DNA from: Nemertoderma westbladi
Lineage: Eukaryota > Animalia > Xenacoelomorpha
Assembly (NCBI GenBank): GCA_032718475.1
Contig: JAUCBJ010007021.1
Coordinates: 33,536 to 97,535 of the forward strand
DNA: 64,000 nt
Direction of reading: 5' to 3'
Below the pieces are notes generated by a model that saw only the letters and a list, made by a program, of their open reading frames with translations, ran no database searches and was not told the origin of the DNA. Positions 36,592 to 51,236 of the stretch are shown piece after piece. Every line of letters starts with the position of its first letter. The first letter of the stretch is position 1. The position numbers and the translations under genes were made by a program.

Positions 36592-37907
36592 AAATTCTGG
36601 TGGGGTAATTTCGAGCCCGGAGCTGAAACCGAAACTCTTCTTCTAATTGACAATCGAATCTTCAGTATCACCTCTCTATGTGTGACGATTTTGATGAATT
36701 TTTGTATCCAAACATTATTACTTGGGGGAGACCTTCCATTGCTAATTGTAGATTAATCAAAGATCCAGAAACTAAACTTCATCGACGTACTGCTACAGAA
36801 AAGTCTATCTGTAAAAGCTTTTGCGGACATAACAAGTCATTTTTCCCGTAATGCGCAGAATACTCTAAAATAGCCCTAAATTTATCCAACTACGTGACGG
36901 GAGGGAATCAGAGCCCAGATGACGAAATCTATCAGCTGATTCTTTATGGACGTGGAATCTCATTGTTCGTCCAACCAATCAGAGCGATTTCCCCTTATGT
37001 CTGACAGAGGCCTATGGAAACTCACGCAATGCATTACGGTCTTTGTTTACTATTTTTCTGAGCACCAGAACCGGCTCGGAATCTTCTGTACTTCTGTGTG
37101 GAAGTTTCAGACTTTGGCCTAAACATCAGATGGCTTTGATTATAAGAACGTAAAACTATTAACAATTCAACTACATTGTCATACTTGGATACACATTTCA
37201 TGCATTATGTAACACATACTGACTGTTCACCGCATTATTTTACTTCTGTTATTAATTGTTGTTATGTTAATGGATATTGCTGTTATATTTGGAGAATACC
37301 GATAAATAATCATAAAACCCTCAATCTTCTTGATTACTGAAGGTAGGAGGAACAGGTTTACCGGTAGCAACTGCGACTTACATTATAGTGGTTTTTGTGT
37401 GAATTAAATGTTATTTCATAATCCCTACATGTGTCAGTTGCGATCTTCCTTATATATGATCAAATTCAGTGACGGTCGGCAGATCAGTGTGAAGTAGTGT
37501 GAAGTCGTGTGAAGTAGTGTGAAGGTTAATAAAGCATCTCCTAAAGAATGCGCTATTTACGAAACTCAGTGGCCATCTAGTTGTGATTAGTATAAGTCAT
37601 AACTCTGTTTTTATACTTAAAGCGCCACGTCCTAAAGGAACTGTTAATATTTCCCCGAAAGTAAATATATTGTCAGGGATTATATAGTAACGATCAATTG
37701 AATAATACAGTAGGTCTACACCGCAATCACTATCAAGGAATCCGAATCCAGTCTCCCAAAACCGTGGGTGAAAGGTCGCGCACAGACTGGCTTCGGCTGA
37801 TGTAACTTCAGTACACTAGGTAATTGTTATAGGCTAAAGTCGATTTATAAACAAAAGGACAACTAAAATTGGCAGGTTAAACTGCTAAAGGTCTAAAAGC
37901 ACGAACA

Positions 37908-37918
37908 TTAATAGTTTT
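37908..37918 (+). promoter_or_regulatory. Non-tRNA primer-binding site of copy 2 (TTAATAGTTTT), complementary to LTR positions 37152-37162
   Basis: Exact reverse complement of AAAACTATTAA; abuts the LTR end. Confidence 0.75.
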
Positions 37919-39758
37919 GATTCTTGATTGCACGTAGGCAATAAAGTAGAATGTACCGGTCGGACGGTAAACTGTAGGCCTAACTGCCTAAACACCCGAA
38001 CCGGTACTTACAGGTACCCAGTATTATTTCAATTGTGAAATATTGTATATTGTAGGCTGTTAGGGGATTAGGGATTGATCACCCCTTATTCCTTTGTATG
38101 GTTTACTTATTTCTGTCAGTTTTATTTATCTGTAAGTGTAATATTGAGCAGAAGGCGTGTAAGCCTGCTCAGATTGTATAAATAATTTGTAGGCTGGATT
38201 GTTGTCTAACTGTTGTTAGGTCTGAAGCGATTGCAGTGTGTGTAGAGTGTCTGTCCGATAAAGTACTAGTTAGGAAGGTGGGGGCATCCAGTGCTGTAAG
38301 GTAAATCCCCCCCGAAAGAATAAGTTGTACTACTCGGTTGGAACGCCTACTAACTAACCATTTCGGAGTCTGCATATGCTGTAGTTTATTTAGGCTTGAC
38401 AGTAGTCTGCCAGCATTTGGTCTATGTTTTGTTTGTAGAGTCTGCACGGGTAGCGTAATATTTATTATTCAGAGTCTATGCGAGTATTCGCAACCTCCAA
38501 TTCCCTAAGTTTATTCCTACAGTAATTGTGCTTGTTATACATACCGTTATAGTTAAATTAACCCCGGTAATACATCAGGGCTGCTTGGCGTAGGTAAAGA
38601 CTGGTGATTTTGTGCTCCGGTCACTCCAGCAGATACCGTGGTTCTTTTGGCTGTTCAAGTATATTTAACTGCTAATTATTTGTTGTATAAGTACTTGTAC
38701 CTAATTCAGGGTTTAGAGTACAGTGCTTTCCGAAAGTAATTTAGTGTGTAGGCAGTATATTTGTGTTGTAACGTGATTAATAGGCACGTTAGCTCTGGTT
38801 GGCTTCGGTAATTAACCTCTAGGTAAGGACACTCCGGGTACATAACGTAGTACTTATAGAGCTAAGACTATAAGTCGTCAGACGGTGGTATTTCCTTATC
38901 TGGACAACGAAACTTACTTACTACTGCTTTATTGTTTTCAAATACCGTAGTTTCCTGTCAGTTTGTAAGAACCAGAAATTCTAACTCCTTGTAAGGCTGG
39001 TTTGTAGATTTCTTGTAAAATTACCCTAAAAATTGTACGTGTAACTGTTATTGTTTATTTAGAGATTGTAATCTCAACCCGTTGTAATTGTAAGTAATTT
39101 GTAGTGATAAGTAACTTAGTAAAGTAGAATTATCTGTGTAGTGACTCCTTACCCAGAAATAATAACATTTATTTCAAACATTGTCAAAACCCATTGTACG
39201 GGTATATATATATTATAAATCAACTCAAACAGATTTATAAAATAGTAGGTCTGTTATACATCAATTAGGTCTTAATATCAGTTGGACTACTGCTTAATAA
39301 CAGTAATAAGTAAAAGGGAAGTAACCCTAAAATTCAGAAACTCAGTTATTATAAAATAATTGACATTCCCGGTATTTACGGTAAGCTTATTATATATATT
39401 TATATAAATTTAGGCTGAAATTATATACCGGTATTCTGTGACTAATCCTAGTCTATAATAATACTTATATATACTATAGGTGTATACCGGTATTTACGGT
39501 AGGCTTATTATATTTATTTATATAAATTTAGGCTGAAATTATATACCAGTATTCTGTGACTAATCCTAGTCTGTAATAATACTTATATATATACCGGTGT
39601 ATACCGGTGTATACCGGTATTTTAATATATTATATATATATCACGTTACACTGAGTAATGGTATCGGTAATTAATTACTAGGCTTACAGTTGATACTGAA
39701 TTACTAGACTTGCTTTAACTGTCGTTATAGTAGTAGGCATTCAACTGTAAAATAAATC

Positions 39759-42700
39759 ATGGCTGACACAAAGCAAACACTGTCAGATAGTCTCCTAGAA
39801 AGAACAGTCTGTGACTCAGATAAGAGTATAGAACATCTGAGACCGAAGTCCAAGTCCCCTCCTACTGTAAGAAAGGTCATCCCTACAGTAGCAGTATCAG
39901 ACCCTAGGCTAGTAAAGCACCATAGGTCTATTATAGGCACTAGGGCTCAAGTTAAGCGGGACCAAGAGGCAGCTGTTAAACAGCAGCAGCGCCCGAACCG
40001 AGAACTTATTTCTCAATGGCACGATAACTCTAGCAGTTCAGACACTGAAGAGTTGACGCCCGAGATCGGAGTAAGGATGGCAGAAGCGGTTTATCCAGAT
40101 CCACTTCTAATTCTTCCTGGAGCCGTACTCACTAGAGTATTGATCGCTGTGGAAGAACATCAAATCGATTGGGCGAGAAGTAAGCGATTGACCAGGGACA
40201 GTTATGAGGGATACATGATGGAGGAACTAAGGTCTATTGTCGAGGTGCAATGGAACTTCCCCGGACCCGGACTCCCGTTTAACTTATCGGAAGCTACCTG
40301 GGAGGACTTATACAGGATGGGAGTAGTAAGGGACACTCGAGATCCAGCTGTGTGGAAGAGGTCGGCAGCAGGATATGTCCAGGGATTCTTCAGCTCTTTG
40401 GAGCGTTTAGAAGAACACCTATTTCAACAACGCCAAGGACCCCAAGAGCAGGGAGAGCTGCTTTATCAAGTGCGCGAACGAATCTTACGAATCAGATTAA
40501 TCCTTTCGGCCTTTGAGGAAGCCTCGAAGAGAAGCCAAGACACGTCGTTGCAAGTAGCTGTAAAAACTTGGTTCCAACGAGTGAGTCTTAAAGTCCAGGG
40601 AACGACACAATGGAAAGTTCAGCTAACTGAGCGCATGACCCACGGAGAATCAACAGACGCTACCTTTTCTCAGGTGGAAGGCGAAGCTACATCCGAAAAA
40701 CCTCAGAAGAAGGATGCTATTGACATCTATCTGTCGGACTATCAACGATTTATAGGTGACAAAGAGCTAAGGAGACGGCTAGCTGGACTTCACCCTAATA
40801 GTGAGGGAGCCAAATTTGTGTTGGACTCGTTAGATGTGGAAATATTGGCCGCGGAGCAGGCTAAATTTGATGAAAGCATCCTCATCTCTATGGACCAGGA
40901 AGAACAAATAAAGAAACGGCAAATAGAAGACCGAAGGTCAGCTGCAGCGGCAGAATCTGAAAGAAAAGCAGCAGCGGCAGCGGCAGAATTAGAAAGAAAG
41001 GCGGCAGCAGCGGAGGCAGCAACGGAGGCTGAAAGAAAAGCGGCAGTGGCAGAAGCAGAGCAGAGGGCGTCTGAAGCGACAACACAACTAGAGCTGGAGA
41101 ACCTTCAGGCGAAACAAGATTACTTGAAGAAACAAAGGACAGCTACTCAGATGCAACTACTGAGTCGATCTACTCCCAGAAGACAGGGATTTACCTCCTC
41201 CGATGAGGGTGATACAACAGATCCCGAGGGGAAAGGTAATAAATCTCATTCAAGCGGACGTAGAAGAACGCCACACCGTCAGAAGTTACCCAATCTACCT
41301 CCTGCGGTGAGAAGGCAACTAGCTAATGTAGACTTAAGTAATCAAGAACCTACAGACCAAATTATTAGAGTAGAAAGACTCCCTACTATAGTAGATGAGC
41401 CTGAAATAATTAGGCCTGTCATGGAAGCCACTCCGGTGATAGAGACCCCTGTACTTCCAGAACCTAACTCTAAATTCCCTTTGCACAGTACTAAACTACC
41501 TGTGCCCAGTAGACAAGCCCCTGAATCACTCCCGGTCCTGGACGCCAAGCAAGACATAAATGACTTGTCTCCCGTTGTCCCCACGCGTCACCCGGCTACC
41601 ACGTTGGCGGCTCCCGTGGCAGCGGTTGAGTGGGTGGACGAGGGACGGCGGGGGATGAATCGCCTGCTCGGGCAGCTGGAAGAACATAAACAACGTTCTT
41701 CCCAGCAGGTCCGATAGTTGGAAGGGACTGTTCAGCAGTTAAAGGGAACAGTGAGAGAGAGTAGGTTAGAGTTGCAAGAAGTGCAACAAAGTATCGCTTT
41801 AGAGCGCGATAAATTAGTAAATATACAAATGTACAAATGGGTATAACACCACCCCCTGTAACAATGTGTCAACCTGTTAGGTCTGAAGTATTTCATGCGC
41901 AAGGTGTGGAGCCTACACGCATCTATACTGCTAGTGAAGTAGAAACTCCTACAGTAAACCCTATTAAGGGTAATTATAAACCTGTTGATAATGATATCCC
42001 ATACAGATCTGATCATAATCCGAGAAATTTATATACCGATAACTCGATATTAAATAATACGATGGCTCAAGAAAGTTTTACGCATCAAATGGCTAGAACC
42101 GAAGCCCGTCAAGCGGTAAAGGTGGGAGAGGTCGTTAAGTTCAATGGAGATGAGATGAAATGGCTACCTTTTATTTCTTATTTATTTTTTTTTTATTTTT
42201 CTTATTTCTTATTAATGGATTCTGATTAACATTTTAATGAATATTATAAAGATAACATACAGAACTCTGTACTATCCAACGGAGAGAAACTTCGATACCT
42301 CATCAAGTGCTTGGAAGGACCTCCCAAATTAATGGAGTTAAAGTTTATTGGACATCCAGACAGATTAAGACAAGTTTGGGATACATTAAACATCAGGTAT
42401 GTTAATAGGACTAACATAGCTAGGTATTTGTATGCGAAATTAATGGCGCCCTGAAAGTTTCTTAGCAGCGGGATTATAGAGTTTTCCGACGAGATTCAGG
42501 AGATCTGTAGACAGTTAGACTGGTTGGGAAAGTCTCATGAATACCAGAATTCTATGGTTGTAGGAGCCTTAGCATCAAGTTTGCCAAAGGGTGGAGTAGG
42601 TACTCGCTGGGACAAAAAGGTTCTCTATTTGATGGACCAACAACATAGAGATCCAACCATGACAGACCTTCTGTCATTCTTAAACAGAGAAGTAAGATTA

Positions 42701-43820
42701 CAACTCCTAAAGCAGTCCAGAGAGAAGACACCGGAAAGTAAGGTGAGTGAAAAACCCGTTTCTAGGAGAAAGGTAATACCAGTGTGTTATACAGACGATG
42801 GCGAAAGCCAAACCTCATACGAGGAAAACAGCGGTAAGGACACCGAAAGATCTTATTATGTCAACAAACCGAGGAAAGACGTAAGTAAATCTAAGTCTCA
42901 AACCAGTGACAGGAGAGAACAGGTAACAACTCCTCCTACATCTCCTAAGAGAATTCATGGAAGAAAGCCCGAGGAAAGAACAAGGGTGCACAACATAGCA
43001 CAGGTTAAAGTAAGTAACATCAAGCCCAAATGTGTATTGTGCGACGGGCCACATCGCTTGAGTGGGTGTGATGAATTCTTGAAGAAATCCCTTAAGGATA
43101 GACGTGATGTCATGTGGGATAAGCGGTTGTGTTATAATTGCCTCAGACGAGGACATCAAAGATGGACCTGTTACTCAGATGCGAGGTGTGCTAAGTGCGG
43201 CGCGAAACATCACATCTTGCTGCACACAGAATTTGACAGAACCCGCACGAATCAGGTAAGTGAGCCCGAACTACATGTCCAATTCAGTGATGTGAACGAC
43301 ACTGACCACAGTTCGGAAATGGAAGGATTCTACATGGACGAATTCTCCGACGAAAATTAATCCTGTTATATGATAAACACCGCTGTGTATCGAGCACTTA
43401 CGTACGAGACTGAATCGGAAGTGGAAAATCCTAGGCTGACTATTCCGGACCGACAACCATCTTGGAAAGCGCCAACTTCCTCTGTCGGAATCCGGGAATT
43501 TCCTGTGGTGCAGCTGAGAGTCCATGGGCTAGGGAAGAGCCTGATAGTAAACGCCCTCCTTGACTCTGGCAGCACAGGTACATTCATTGACAAAGAACTA
43601 GCCGAAGACATCTTTGCTGGATAACCCAAGTTCCGAACTAAGTTGAACCTTTCAGGAATTATGCAGGTTTGGAAATCCACAGTAGCCACAGATTACTACG
43701 TGGGTGCGTTGTCCACTCCCCAGGATGAACTAGGAGAACATAGCGTAAGGTCGGTAAAAATGGTGGCGATAAAGAACTTTGCTACTAGCCAAGTGGAACC
43801 TTACAACTGGGATGAAGACC
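39759..43820 (+). pseudogene. gag: gag-protease pseudogene of copy 2
   Basis: ORF pieces 39759-41717, 41837-42229, 42524-43360, 43370-43624 and 43643- are colinear with the copy 1 protein. Stops, a frameshift at ~41830, a ~60-bp T-rich insertion at ~42170-42235, and truncation by deletion at ~43820. Confidence 0.9.
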
Positions 43821-44740
43821 ATTTTACCCAGCAACGCTTTTGGACGAACGCTTCCAACGACAAGCGGAGGAAAATCAGCTCGAGGAGAAGCACATCGAAA
43901 TGGACGAGAGAGAAGAAGCAGCTTTAGCCCAGCCAGAAGCTCAAATCCTTATGACTAATCTCTATTCCAAAACCATTATTCATCCTTCGATGGTTCCCCA
44001 TTTCGGAGACAAACCCTTCGCCATGGTACAACCCCAACCGGTTGATATCAACTTAAGATCTAGAGATCTTATCGCTGACGCTCCTATGTTACAACGTCCG
44101 CCAATCGAGGCTGCTCATGTCGACGGTATACTCATTGAACCTCCGGACAATCGAGCGGATCTTGTCCGTCGTATGGTACACGAGGTCATCCTACGCGCTA
44201 GACCTTTACCGAACTCATTTATGGAATCAAAGATCACCCCTATTATGTCAATTTAACTCAATATTATATGGTGAAACCGGAAGATCCTACGCATGGTTTA
44301 AAGTTTCTACCATTGATAAATCCCGCAGTGACTTGTTCATAAACTCGCATCCAGAACTACAGGAAGTTCATAGACGACCCTATGAATATAGAGCCCGAGA
44401 ACACGAGTTGGAAAGAACCATCAAACCGAGGAAATTTCTCACTACTCACGGTCCGCCTACCGCTCTCGTGCAAATGACTCGTCAGGGACCAGTAAGGGCT
44501 GCCATCCTGAAACGCGCTCTAAAGGTTGTTCGACCTCGTTCCACTGAGGTTGATATCGATCAACCGGGTACCTCGACCGGCGGATACACCGACCGTAACC
44601 CTAAACCTTCCGATGCAATTGTATTGCACCCCTCACCCAGGAGTTATAGCCCTCCTAGTAAAGTGGCTCACCCCAAAGAGAAAAGGACTCTTACTAGCCT
44701 CAAAAAACTTCGTAAACGCCGTTCACATAAGAAGGACTAA
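43821..44740 (+). pseudogene. Fragments of the accessory ORF in copy 2
   Basis: DERFQRQAEENQLEEKHIE matches copy 3; DLFINSHPELQEVHRRPYEYRARE...KKD matches the copy 1 C-terminus. Confidence 0.8.
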
Positions 44741-47407
44741 TAGTTTAGAGTATTTTTGTATTTTAGAAACTGTGATTTTTATATTTTATAGACTTAAATC
44801 CCATTTTCTGGGAGCGGTGTAAAAGCTTTTGCGGACATAACAAGTCATTTTTCCCGCAATGCGCAGTGTAGGGGCTTTTGTGGACATAACAAGTCATTTT
44901 TCCCGCAATGCACAGAATACTCTAAAATAGCCCTAAATTTATCCAACTACGTGACGGGAGGGAATCAGAGCCCAGATGACGAAATCTATCAGCTGATTCT
45001 TTGTGGACGTGGAATCTCTTTGTTCGTCCAACCAATCAGAGCGATTTCCCCTTATGTCTGACAGAGGCCTATGGAAACTCACGCAATGCATTACGGTCTT
45101 TGTTTACTATTTTTCTGAGCGCCAGAACCGGCTCGGAATCTTAATCTTCTGTACTTCTGTGTGGAAGTTTCAGACTTTGGCCTAAACATCAGATGGCTTT
45201 GATTATAAGAACGTAAAACTATTAACAATTCAACTACATTGTCATACTTGGATACACATTTCATGCATTATGTAACACATACTGACTGTTCACCGCATTA
45301 TTTTACTTATGTTATTAATTGTTGTTATGTTAATGGATATTGCTGTTATATTTGGAGAATACCGATAAATAATCATAAAACCCTCAATCTTCTTGATTAC
45401 TGAAGGTAGGAGGAACAGGTTTACCGGTAGCAACTGCGACTTACATTATAGTGGTTTTTGTGTGAATTAAATGCTATTTCATAATCCCTACATGTGTCAG
45501 TTGCGATCTTCCTTATATATGATCAAATTCAGTGACGGTCGGCAGATCAGTGTGAAGTAGTGTGAAGGTTAATAAAGCATCTCCTAAAGAATGCGCTATT
45601 TACGAAACTGAGTGGCCATCTAGTTGTGATTAGTATAAGTCATAACTCTGTTTTTATACTTAAAGCGCCACGTCCTAAAGGAACTGTTAATATTTCCCCG
45701 AAAGTAAATATATTGTCAGGGATTATATAGTAACGATCAATTGAATAATACAGTAGGTCTACACCGCAATCACTATCAAGGAATCCGAATCCAGTCTCCC
45801 AAAACCGTGGGTGAAAGGTCGCGCACAGACTGGCTTCGGCTGATGTAACTTCAGTACACTAGGTAATTGTTATAGGCTAAAGTCGATTTATAAACAAAAG
45901 GACAACTAAAATTGGCAGGTTAAACTGCTAAAGGTCTAAAAGCGCGAACACTATCCATTTAGTTCGCTTGGTTTGATCGCAGAATTTGCTCCATCTTTAT
46001 TACGAAATGAAATCATGGAAATAAGCATATCACTCAATTGGATCTGGCAGCGCATTCGCAAACATTATCAGTTTCGGCAGTCAGATATCAACTTCCCAAA
46101 CTTTCTAATGTAAAACGGGAACAAGGGGAGCGCTACGGCACCTTATTTCAATGAATATGCGCTCACGTTGAAGACAATCTGTTAACTCTCAAATCCTACT
46201 TGATGGATGTCCTCCCCAGCATGATGAAGATATTTCTCCTACTGTTGAGCGCCTCAGCGTCTACATTTGGCTTCAGCCCATTGATGAATGTTTGTCATTT
46301 CATGTCTCATGAGTGTTCGCTCATGATCTACAATCGACAACTCTCAAAGATCTACAGCTGCAGATAGTTGAGTCAATGGATTCACTCCTTGCTGAAATCA
46401 ATGTTCATGGAGATTTAAAGGTCAACTTCACCCGAACTTCAAATTCACGTCAACAAAGGTTAGTAGGTGTTATTGAATTCAATCATCGCTTCAATAAATT
46501 TTCTAACAGTGTTCCAAGCAATTCAAATAAATGTTGAGTTTTATGTAAAACATCTGGGTGTCCATTTACCAGCTGTGATATTGCTAATTGCTGGTATATT
46601 TCGAAATTTGAAAAATCCCAAATAGCATGGGCTTTTAATGTTGAAATCGATTTGGTGGATTGTGCTGAAATAAGTCAGAATGAAGATGGCTCTGTGTAGG
46701 CCTATGCTATTTCAATGAATCTTGTCAAATGTATGCCTTCACCATTCTTTTTCCGTTTTTACAAAACTACACCATGTAAGACTGTTATTGATACAGGAGC
46801 CACGGGCAATTCAGTTTCTCAGTCATTAGCAACATTGGCTGGGATACAGTCAAGTTGCTGGTCAATTAAATATTGTTGGTGAAATTAATGTTTAAATATT
46901 TCTTGGTAATATTGTTTTTAAAATAGAGGCTCTCGTTACTGATGCAAATGGACCAAATTAAGACATTCTGGGTGGTGTGCCATTTTGTTATTGCAATAAA
47001 TTGAGATATCCCAGCTTGCACGATGCCCTGACATTCAATGTTGAATGAACAAACAATATTATACCCTGACCAGTTCCTCCAAGTTTTGACTCTCTTTCGT
47101 ATATTAATGTCGAAGAAGTATTACACGAGAGTGTCTCGTGTAATACATACCCAAATATGAGGTTAGCTAACTATCAAACCCAAACTTTCCATTCTCCAAT
47201 TCTGTAACCCTTGATCCTCATCAATTACTAAGGCGGCAATCGAAATTAATCAGTCTTCATTTGCACTATGATCATGTTTTTGACCCAAAAATCCAGTCAT
47301 ATAATGACAAAAGTGGTGTTATCCGCACTTAGGTTAACATTGGCCCAGTCTTGCCTTCACCTTGAAAGGTTATATTCCATTTTATAATCATTCAAATTTA
47401 TCTCTGC

Positions 47408-48649
47408 CATGACCTACTGTAGATACGACCCGCCAAGCTGCGGCAAAGCCCCTATATTTAGTGGGCCAGTTATTTCTCTTAGATAGAACCCCTGAAACAA
47501 TACGTCAGGCGCGTCGAAAGTACTTGGCCCTAACTAAAATTATGTCCTCTTTCATATGAGACAAATAAAAATTTAATAGCTCCAGTAGTTTTCGAGATAT
47601 GAAGAGTTCCTGGCACCCATACCCTATCAACTCCTTTCGAAAGCAAGATTAGAAGAAAAATTTTCATTTTTTTTAAAAGATACTAAAAGCGCACCAAAAG
47701 TGCAAGTATCACTTTTTTCAAAAGTGGTAATTCGCCGTACAGTTTTGCTACTGAGGTTTTAGAATGTGCTGATTTCATGGAGAAGGTTTATTCATCTACA
47801 TCAAACATATCGAAGAGTTGTGTATTATAACGACATAGGCATGTTGTTATATTAGTTATTAGTCAGTTATTTGTGCCCCAGGAGCACGAAAAAATACAAA
47901 TTTCTTAGTGGAAATATGATAATGAAAAATCACCACGAAAACAAATTGATTTTATGACTATCATATAAGTTTTTGGGACGCTGATCACGAATATGACATT
48001 GAAAATATCCTGCCTTGTTGATTACGGCTATTTTAGAAACGTGTCAATGTGCGGCACGAAAAATACAAGTAGCACAAATTTGATATTCAAAAATAATTAC
48101 CAAATCAATCGAATTTTATGACATTATGGGTATTCAGGGATGCTGATCCGAATATGACACTCAACAATATCGTATTAACCAAATAAATTAAATTTTTGGC
48201 GTTTGAAATTTTAGGCTACTTGTATTTTTCGTCCCAATAGATAAACATAAAAAAACGATAGTTGCGTTACAACGAATGATTTTTAAAGAGTTGTATCGTT
48301 ATCAGCGGCCTTGAAACAAACCAGTATAGCTTCAGAATTACCCAATCAAAGGCACAATATAACAGTTGGAAATTTTTGCTACTTTTACTTTTCGATTACT
48401 AATAATGAATTCGACTAACCAAAAAAAGCATAGTATGGTTTCATGGTTATACCAAAGTCTTCGATGTATTTTGTTTAATTTTAATCAATTCCAAAAGGCG
48501 CTGATGGTATGGGTGCCAGGAACTCCTCATATTTCGATAACAACTGGAGCTACAGTATTACATTTTTATTTGTCTCATCTGAACGAGGACATTTAGGGGC
48601 TTTGCAGCAGCTTGGCGGGTCGTATCTAGGTCGATCTTGGTAGGTCATG
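47408..48649. mobile_element. Non-autonomous DNA transposon, probably P superfamily (1242 bp)
   Basis: TIR CATGACCTAC...GTAGGTCATG, long imperfect subterminal inverted repeats, 7-bp TSD TCTCTGC (47401-47407 / 48650-48656). It splits the Gypsy pol remnant. Confidence 0.8.
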
Positions 48650-49492
48650 TCTCTGCTTCAGGTTGAAGCCGACAAACTTGAAGCTCTTGGAGTGCTTCAG
48701 AAGCCAGAGAACGTTGGAGTTGAGGTTCTTTATGCCTCAGCTAGCTTCCTCGTTAAAAAACCACCAGATGGTCATCGCTTAGTCACCAATTTGAAATTAG
48801 TTGATATGTGCGGATACTTCCCTCCAAATCTACGAGGTTTGATGATTTTCTCCGGAAGATCTCTTCATTTCTTATTATTACCGACCTGACGAAAGCTTTC
48901 ATTCAAATTAAAGTTGATAAACGTTTGGTTCCATATCTTAAATTGGCACAGTTACACCTTTAAAAGGTCTTCGTGTTTACACTCGATATGCCATGGGCAT
49001 TGCAGTGGCGTGGCTTGAAGATTAGACTCTTCGAGTTCTGGGAAATCTGATTCAGGATGGCTATGTTGATAAGGTTGCAGACGATCTTTATATTGGAGGC
49101 AATAATTTGATCACTTGCTCGAAATGTGGTCTACTGTCTTGGAACATTTATCCAATAATAACCTCAAACTTTCTGGTGCTAAAATAATTGCATCTCATAG
49201 AGAAGCCATGACACTAGGTTGGGAGTGGTCTTCTGGGACATTGACAATCTGATGAGGCTGATTTATAAGAGGTTATATGGATCTCGTTGTATTCCGGGAT
49301 ATTCCTCTTTATTAGCTGTAATAGAAAATACTATTAAGAAGCTTCAGGGTCGTAGCCTAATTGTGTGGTCATCAGAGCAACTGAAACATTTTGAAACTGC
49401 TCAAAAAATTCACTAAGATCACCTTATGTAATTAGTTACTTTTCCAACACCGGAAGATCAGCTTATTATTACTGTGGATGCATCACCATTAA

Positions 49493-50323
49493 GGGCATGT
49501 GTTTGTCAATACATTGGACTATTTAGCTTATGTACCTATTCTGAGGAATTGGTTGAACAGAATGGCTTCACATTTTTATGGAAATTTAGCGTGTGTCTCA
49601 AACGAGGAACGATACAAATAATTAAAAAAGTCATTTTGTCACCAGAACTTTTCAAAATGAAAAATGTCATTTTTAAAAATTGAAAAAACACGTATTTTGG
49701 CCGTTTTTTGTGATGTAACTTTTGCAATTTCGAACTATATGTCTAAATGGTGGTTCCAGCTATAAAGGATTATTAGAGGAACATATGCTGAAACTTTCAA
49801 GCAATTTGGTTCGGTAGTTCCGTAGAAACAGGTACTTACTTTATTTTGTTAAATGGAGGGATAATTCAAATTATATAAGTATAAATTATTAAATTTATGT
49901 AAATTAAGGATGAATACTTCTTTAACTAAAATTTTCGATATGGGGGTTTTCCGGGGTGGTAACTGTTCCGAAGTCAGTTTTAACGTTTGATGAATTCCAG
50001 ACTGTCAGTCTGTCTGTTTATCAGACAGGCTGACAGATTGTGACATATTGAGCTCAATAAACAGGAAAATTCCTATAGCGAAAATTGTACAATGCGTATG
50101 TTTCTTTAATTTTGTCAGACAAGACGGACTGACAGGCAGACAGATACAGTATATATATAACTCGAGAACTAAAAGAAATCTCGCTATGTCGTTTTCAGTT
50201 TTGAAATCGTCTTTAAATTTTGATCCACAATTCGGCAAAAAAAATATTTTCATTTTTCTTATTTTGTAAAAAAAATTATTTTATATTTAATTTTTTTTTT
50301 ATTTTTATCACATGCACGTGCCC
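49493..50323. mobile_element. TTAA-targeting MITE (Kolobok-like, 831 bp)
   Basis: TTAA on both sides (49489-49492, 50324-50327) and termini GGGCATGTG...CACGTGCCC. The Gypsy RNase H remnant resumes after it. Confidence 0.7.
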
Positions 50324-51236
50324 TTAAATCAAGGTTTTGGTACAACACTACATTTCTAAATAAACGCTTGTTGGGGGGCCTTTTCAGTTTCAAAATGAAA
50401 GATCATCATGTTACCTGGTTGCCATGCGAACATGAAGCTCTGGCTATCTCTGCAGCAATTAAAAGTTACGCACCATACATTAAGGAAAGCTCTCACCCAA
50501 CCCAATAGATAGCCGTCGTTGTTTTTTAGCTTATCAGAAATTATGCAAATGCCGATTTTCAGCATAATATGCCCACATTTCAACCTTTCTATGAACACTC
50601 AGTTGACCCAAAAAGTAACGCATTAATATCATTAATTGAAATTCTTCTTAATATTTTTAGAAAAATAAACCCCTTAAAATTAACTCATTATTAATTAAAT
50701 TATTGATAACTAGGAACCACCGTTCCGATATAATAATGGCACACAATTCCAAATAATTATTACAGAAAAATAATGATTTGGATACATTAGAGGCGTTCTC
50801 CAAATTTGTTTTTTAGCTTTTTATCAAAAGTTATTGATTTAGAAAAAGTAACCCACGAACAATTTCGCTTCTCCAAAATACTCCATTATAGTGTTTTTTT
50901 AGTAAAATGAACATTTTCGCTGGTGGCCATTATAGGTCAACGCTTCATTAACTTCGGCAAAATCCAATCCATCCCGGCCAAATCTTCGGCTATCTGTCCC
51001 ATCTTCTGGCCAGGAAGATAAAATACTACACACAAGAAGAAATTTAGTAATTAATAATAACAAATCTATATGGAGGAGGGGGGGGGGGGGGGGGGGGGGG
51101 TGTCCCTTAAGTAAACGTAACACATGTAACACTGGAGACAGCAAGAAGGTCTTGGCTGTTACCTATAAGGCATAGAGGGAGCCATAATTACTCGACTATC
51201 CGATTCGAAGCATATTCTTTCCTCTTGCAAACTTAC

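Larger units (their letters stand above)
36810..45950 (+). mobile_element. LTR retrotransposon copy 2 (same Bel/Pao family, degraded and internally deleted)
   Basis: LTRs 36810-37907 and 44818-45950 (TGT...ACA). 5-bp TSD CTATC (36805-36809 / 45951-45955). Gag homologous to copy 1. Confidence 0.95.
36595..50510 (+). mobile_element. Old, decayed Ty3/Gypsy-type retrotransposon (gag-PR-RT-RNase H remnants) interrupted by three younger insertions
   Basis: Remnant peptides: LNWIWQRIRKHYQFRQ (~46035), VIDTGAT (~46785), ASFLVKKPPDGHRLVTN (~48740), KVADDLYIGG (~49075), LIITVDASP (~49465), WLPCEHEALAISAAIK (~50415). Many stops and frameshifts; its LTRs were not identified and the limits are approximate. 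Confidence 0.7.
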
